Assembly (NCBI GenBank): GCA_002269645.1
Contig: NIVC01002239.1
Location: 93,696-157,695, forward strand
Length of the DNA stretch: 64,000 nt
Direction: 5' to 3'
Origin: Macrostomum lignano
Lineage: Eukaryota
A program made the position numbers and the translations under genes. The notes below the pieces were generated by a model that was given only the letters and a program-made list of their open reading frames with translations, made no database searches and was not told the DNA's origin. How positions within the stretch are numbered: position 1 is the stretch's first letter; each line of letters opens with the position of its first letter. Of the stretch, positions 61,612-64,000 are shown piece after piece.

Positions 61612-61840
61612 GACAGGCACCCTGCTAGCCACGGGTGATTTATCCGGCCAGGTGAACGTCTGGGAGACCAGCCAGTTTGGCCAGGAAGTTTCCGCGAACC
61701 CCGCCAACAGCTCCTCGTCTGCGGAGGCGCAGCCGATGTGGTCTGGGGAGGCCGCCGAGCTGCGCTGGGGCTGCTGGCATCCGCTGGTGGCCTCTGCGTT
61801 GCTGGTTGGCACCGGCGACGGCAGCTGCTGGCTGTGGCAG
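61612..61840 (+). CDS. AAMP: AAMP exon 2
   Basis: TLLATGDLSGQVNVW...WHPLVASALLVGTGDGSCWLWQ. Phase-2 acceptor ccgcAG, donor CAG|GTGAGC. Confidence 0.9.
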
Positions 61841-62201
61841 GTGAGCTGCCCGTTGCCTTCCGATTCGTTGAGTTCTGAGTCTGTGAAAACAGGCTATCCT
61901 GACTCATGCAGCTTTCTAGAGAATTTATTGCAACAAAGCACATAACCCACTATTAAAATCAGCCTTATCCTACTTTCTTAGAAACAACTGTAACCCGCTT
62001 TCTAAGATTCAGCCCAAACCTAGACAGAATTAGCTCTAAACCGCTTTCGTAAAATAAGCCTAACAAAATTTCTTAGGATCATCTCTGAAATGCTTTCTCA
62101 TCATCGCATGTATCAATAACCAACTTTCTCATAACTACCTACATCACTTTTCACCCGGCTCTCAATCTCGCATCATCGACTCTTCGGCCCTGGCTATGCA
62201 G

Positions 62202-62513
62202 ATTCCCTCCGGCCAGTGCAAGGTGATCGCAGGCGGCCAAGTAGACAGCGAGACCACCTGCGGCCTGGTGCTTCCCAACGACCCTGGCCACGCCCTGGCT
62301 GCTCACGATAACGGCCGAGTCCGCCTGCTCGACCTCCGTGCCGGCCAGGCCGTGGCCACCTCGACCGGCTCTCTCGAATGTGACTCCTCGGTGCTGGCCA
62401 TCGATGCCGCGCCCAGCTCGGGTCTGGCCGCCTGCGGCACCGAGACAGGAGATGTTGTCTGCTTCAGGGCCGCCGCGCCACGAGTGCCTCTGGCCGTGTG
62501 CAGCTTGCCGCAG
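62202..62513 (+). CDS. AAMP: AAMP exon 3
   Basis: IPSGQCKVIAG...TCGLVLPND...HDNGRVRLLDL. Acceptor tatgcAG, donor CAG|GTGAGT. Confidence 0.88.
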
Positions 62514-62530
62514 GTGAGTTGTTGGTCGGT

Positions 62531-63020
62531 CAGCCGCAATGTACATTTGGTAAGAGAGTGGAGCGAGGCGGGTGAGCCGCAATGTACATTTGGTAAGAGA
62601 GTGGAGCGAGGCGGGTGAGCCGCAATGTACATTTGGTAAGAGAGTGGAGCGAGGCGGGTGAGCCGCAATGTACATTTGGTAAGAGAGTGGAGCGAGGCGG
62701 GTGAGCCGCAATGTACATTTGGTAAGAGAGTGGAGCGAGGCGGGTGAGCCGCAATGTACATTTGGTAAGAGAGTGGAGCGAGGCGGGTGAGCCGCAATGT
62801 ACATTTGGTAAGAGAGTGGAGCGAGGCGGGTGAGCCGCAATGTACATTTGGTAAGAGAGTGGAGCGAGGCGGGTGAGCCGCAATGTACATTTGGTAAGAG
62901 AGTGGAGCGAGGCGGGTGAGCCGCAATGTACATTTGGTAAGAGAGTGGAGCGAGGCGGGTGAGCCGCAATGTACATTTGGTAAGAGAGTGGAGCGAGGCG
63001 GGTGAGCCGCAATATACATT
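62531..63020. repeat. 43-bp minisatellite (GAGCCGCAATGTACATTTGGTAAGAGAGTGGAGCGAGGCGGGT)
   Basis: About 11 near-identical units filling AAMP intron 3. Confidence 0.97.
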
Positions 63021-63047
63021 TAATCTCTATTTAACGGCGATCTTCAG

Positions 63048-63491
63048 GTATCGGCTGAGGCCACCACCACGGTGCAGGCCTCAGCCTCAGAGGCCACTCC
63101 AGACGCCAGCAACTGGTCGGTGGAGTCGGTGCAATTCTGCCCGCAGCAGGAGTCACTGCTGGCCGCCGGCTGCCTAGCCGGATTCGCTTTCGTATTCGAC
63201 CTGCAGGCTGCCGGCAGCCTCCGGGTTCGCCTGCGCTGCAGCGTCGGTGCCGGCGTCGTCCGCGTCCTCTGGCTGCCGCGGCCGGCCACCACCGGACCGC
63301 TCCGATTGGCCACGGCGGACGTGGCCGGCCGGGCGCGGATCTGGGACGGCCTGTCCGGCCAGCCACTGCTGGAGTTGCTTGGTCACCGGGACGGCCTGCT
63401 GGACGCCTGTTGGCTGTCCGGTCCGCTGCCGCTGCTGGCCACCTGCGCTGACAAGTGCGACTGCAGTGTTAAATTGTACCGCATCGACTGA
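63048..63491 (+). CDS. AAMP: AAMP last exon
   Basis: SVESVQFC...LLAAGCLAG...ARIWDGLSGQPLLELLGHRDGLLD. Acceptor cttcAG at 63047, stop TGA at 63491. Confidence 0.9.
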   Translation, partial: VSAEATTTVQASASEATPDASNWSVESVQFCPQQESLLAAGCLAGFAFVFDLQAAGSLRVRLRCSVGAGVVRVLWLPRPATTGPLRLATADVAGRARIWDGLSGQPLLELLGHRDGLLDACWLSGPLPLLATCADKCDCSVKLYRID

Positions 63492-63661
63492 GCCCTGCTG
63501 TGCGGCTATGAGGCCTGCGTTTGCTAGCGGATTTTTCTGTTGTTGGTGATTTTTCACTCTGCTAGTTTTGTGCTGTTGATCTTTGTGGAATATCAGCAGT
63601 GCGATGCGGGCCTGAGCGCTTAATTAACTTGCTGGTTTCGGTGCTTTGAAATGAAAATGGG

Positions 63662-64000
63662 CCCTGCCCTCCCAGATCCTCAGCTGCTGATCTGCCCTCC
63701 CAGATCCTCAGCTGCTGATCTGCCCTCCCAGATCCTCAGCTGCTGATCTGCCCTCCCAGATCCTCAGCTGCTGATCTGCCCTCCCAGATCCTCAGCTGCT
63801 GGTCTGCCCTCCCAGATCCTCAGCTGCTGATCTGCCCTCCCAGATCCTCAGCTGCTGGTCTGCCCTCCCAGATCCTCAGCTGCTGGTCTGCACTCCCAGA
63901 TCCTCAGCTGCTGGTCTGCCCTCCCAGATCCTCAGCTGCTGGTCTGCCCTCCCAGACCCTCAGTTGCTGGGCCAGCCTCCCAGATCCTCAGTTGCTGGGC
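63662..64000. repeat. 28-bp minisatellite (CTGCCCTCCCAGATCCTCAGCTGCTGAT), same family as 29058 and 37645
   Basis: About 12 units, continuing off the window edge. Confidence 0.95.

Overview
Eukaryotic (animal) genomic DNA with GC-rich spliced exons, AT-rich intergenic DNA and introns packed with GC-rich minisatellites. This style suggests a flatworm such as Macrostomum (inference only). Host genes reconstructed by hand with phase-consistent GT-AG introns: an R3H-like protein gene (-, runs off the left edge), ACADL (+, first exon not located), a rhodopsin-class GPCR nested antisense in an ACADL intron, a nuclear receptor with an atypical P-box (-), LAMTOR3 (-), a small LEM-domain membrane protein (-) and AAMP (+). 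Mobile DNA: a ~10.9-kb head-to-tail Helitron-like array carrying satellites; a complete 6.25-kb Sola2-like DNA transposon with an intact transposase ORF and an embedded LTR-PBS-gag fragment; a 6.06-kb non-coding CMC/EnSpm-like element in the LAMTOR3 intron; several MITEs; a SINE; a solo-LTR-like promoter block; and a possible hAT transposase relic. The most unusual host-like feature is a tiny divergent ORF pair sharing a 148-bp CCAAT/E2F/TATA promoter inside an ACADL intron. No CRISPR array or rRNA is present, and no tRNA gene is supportable.
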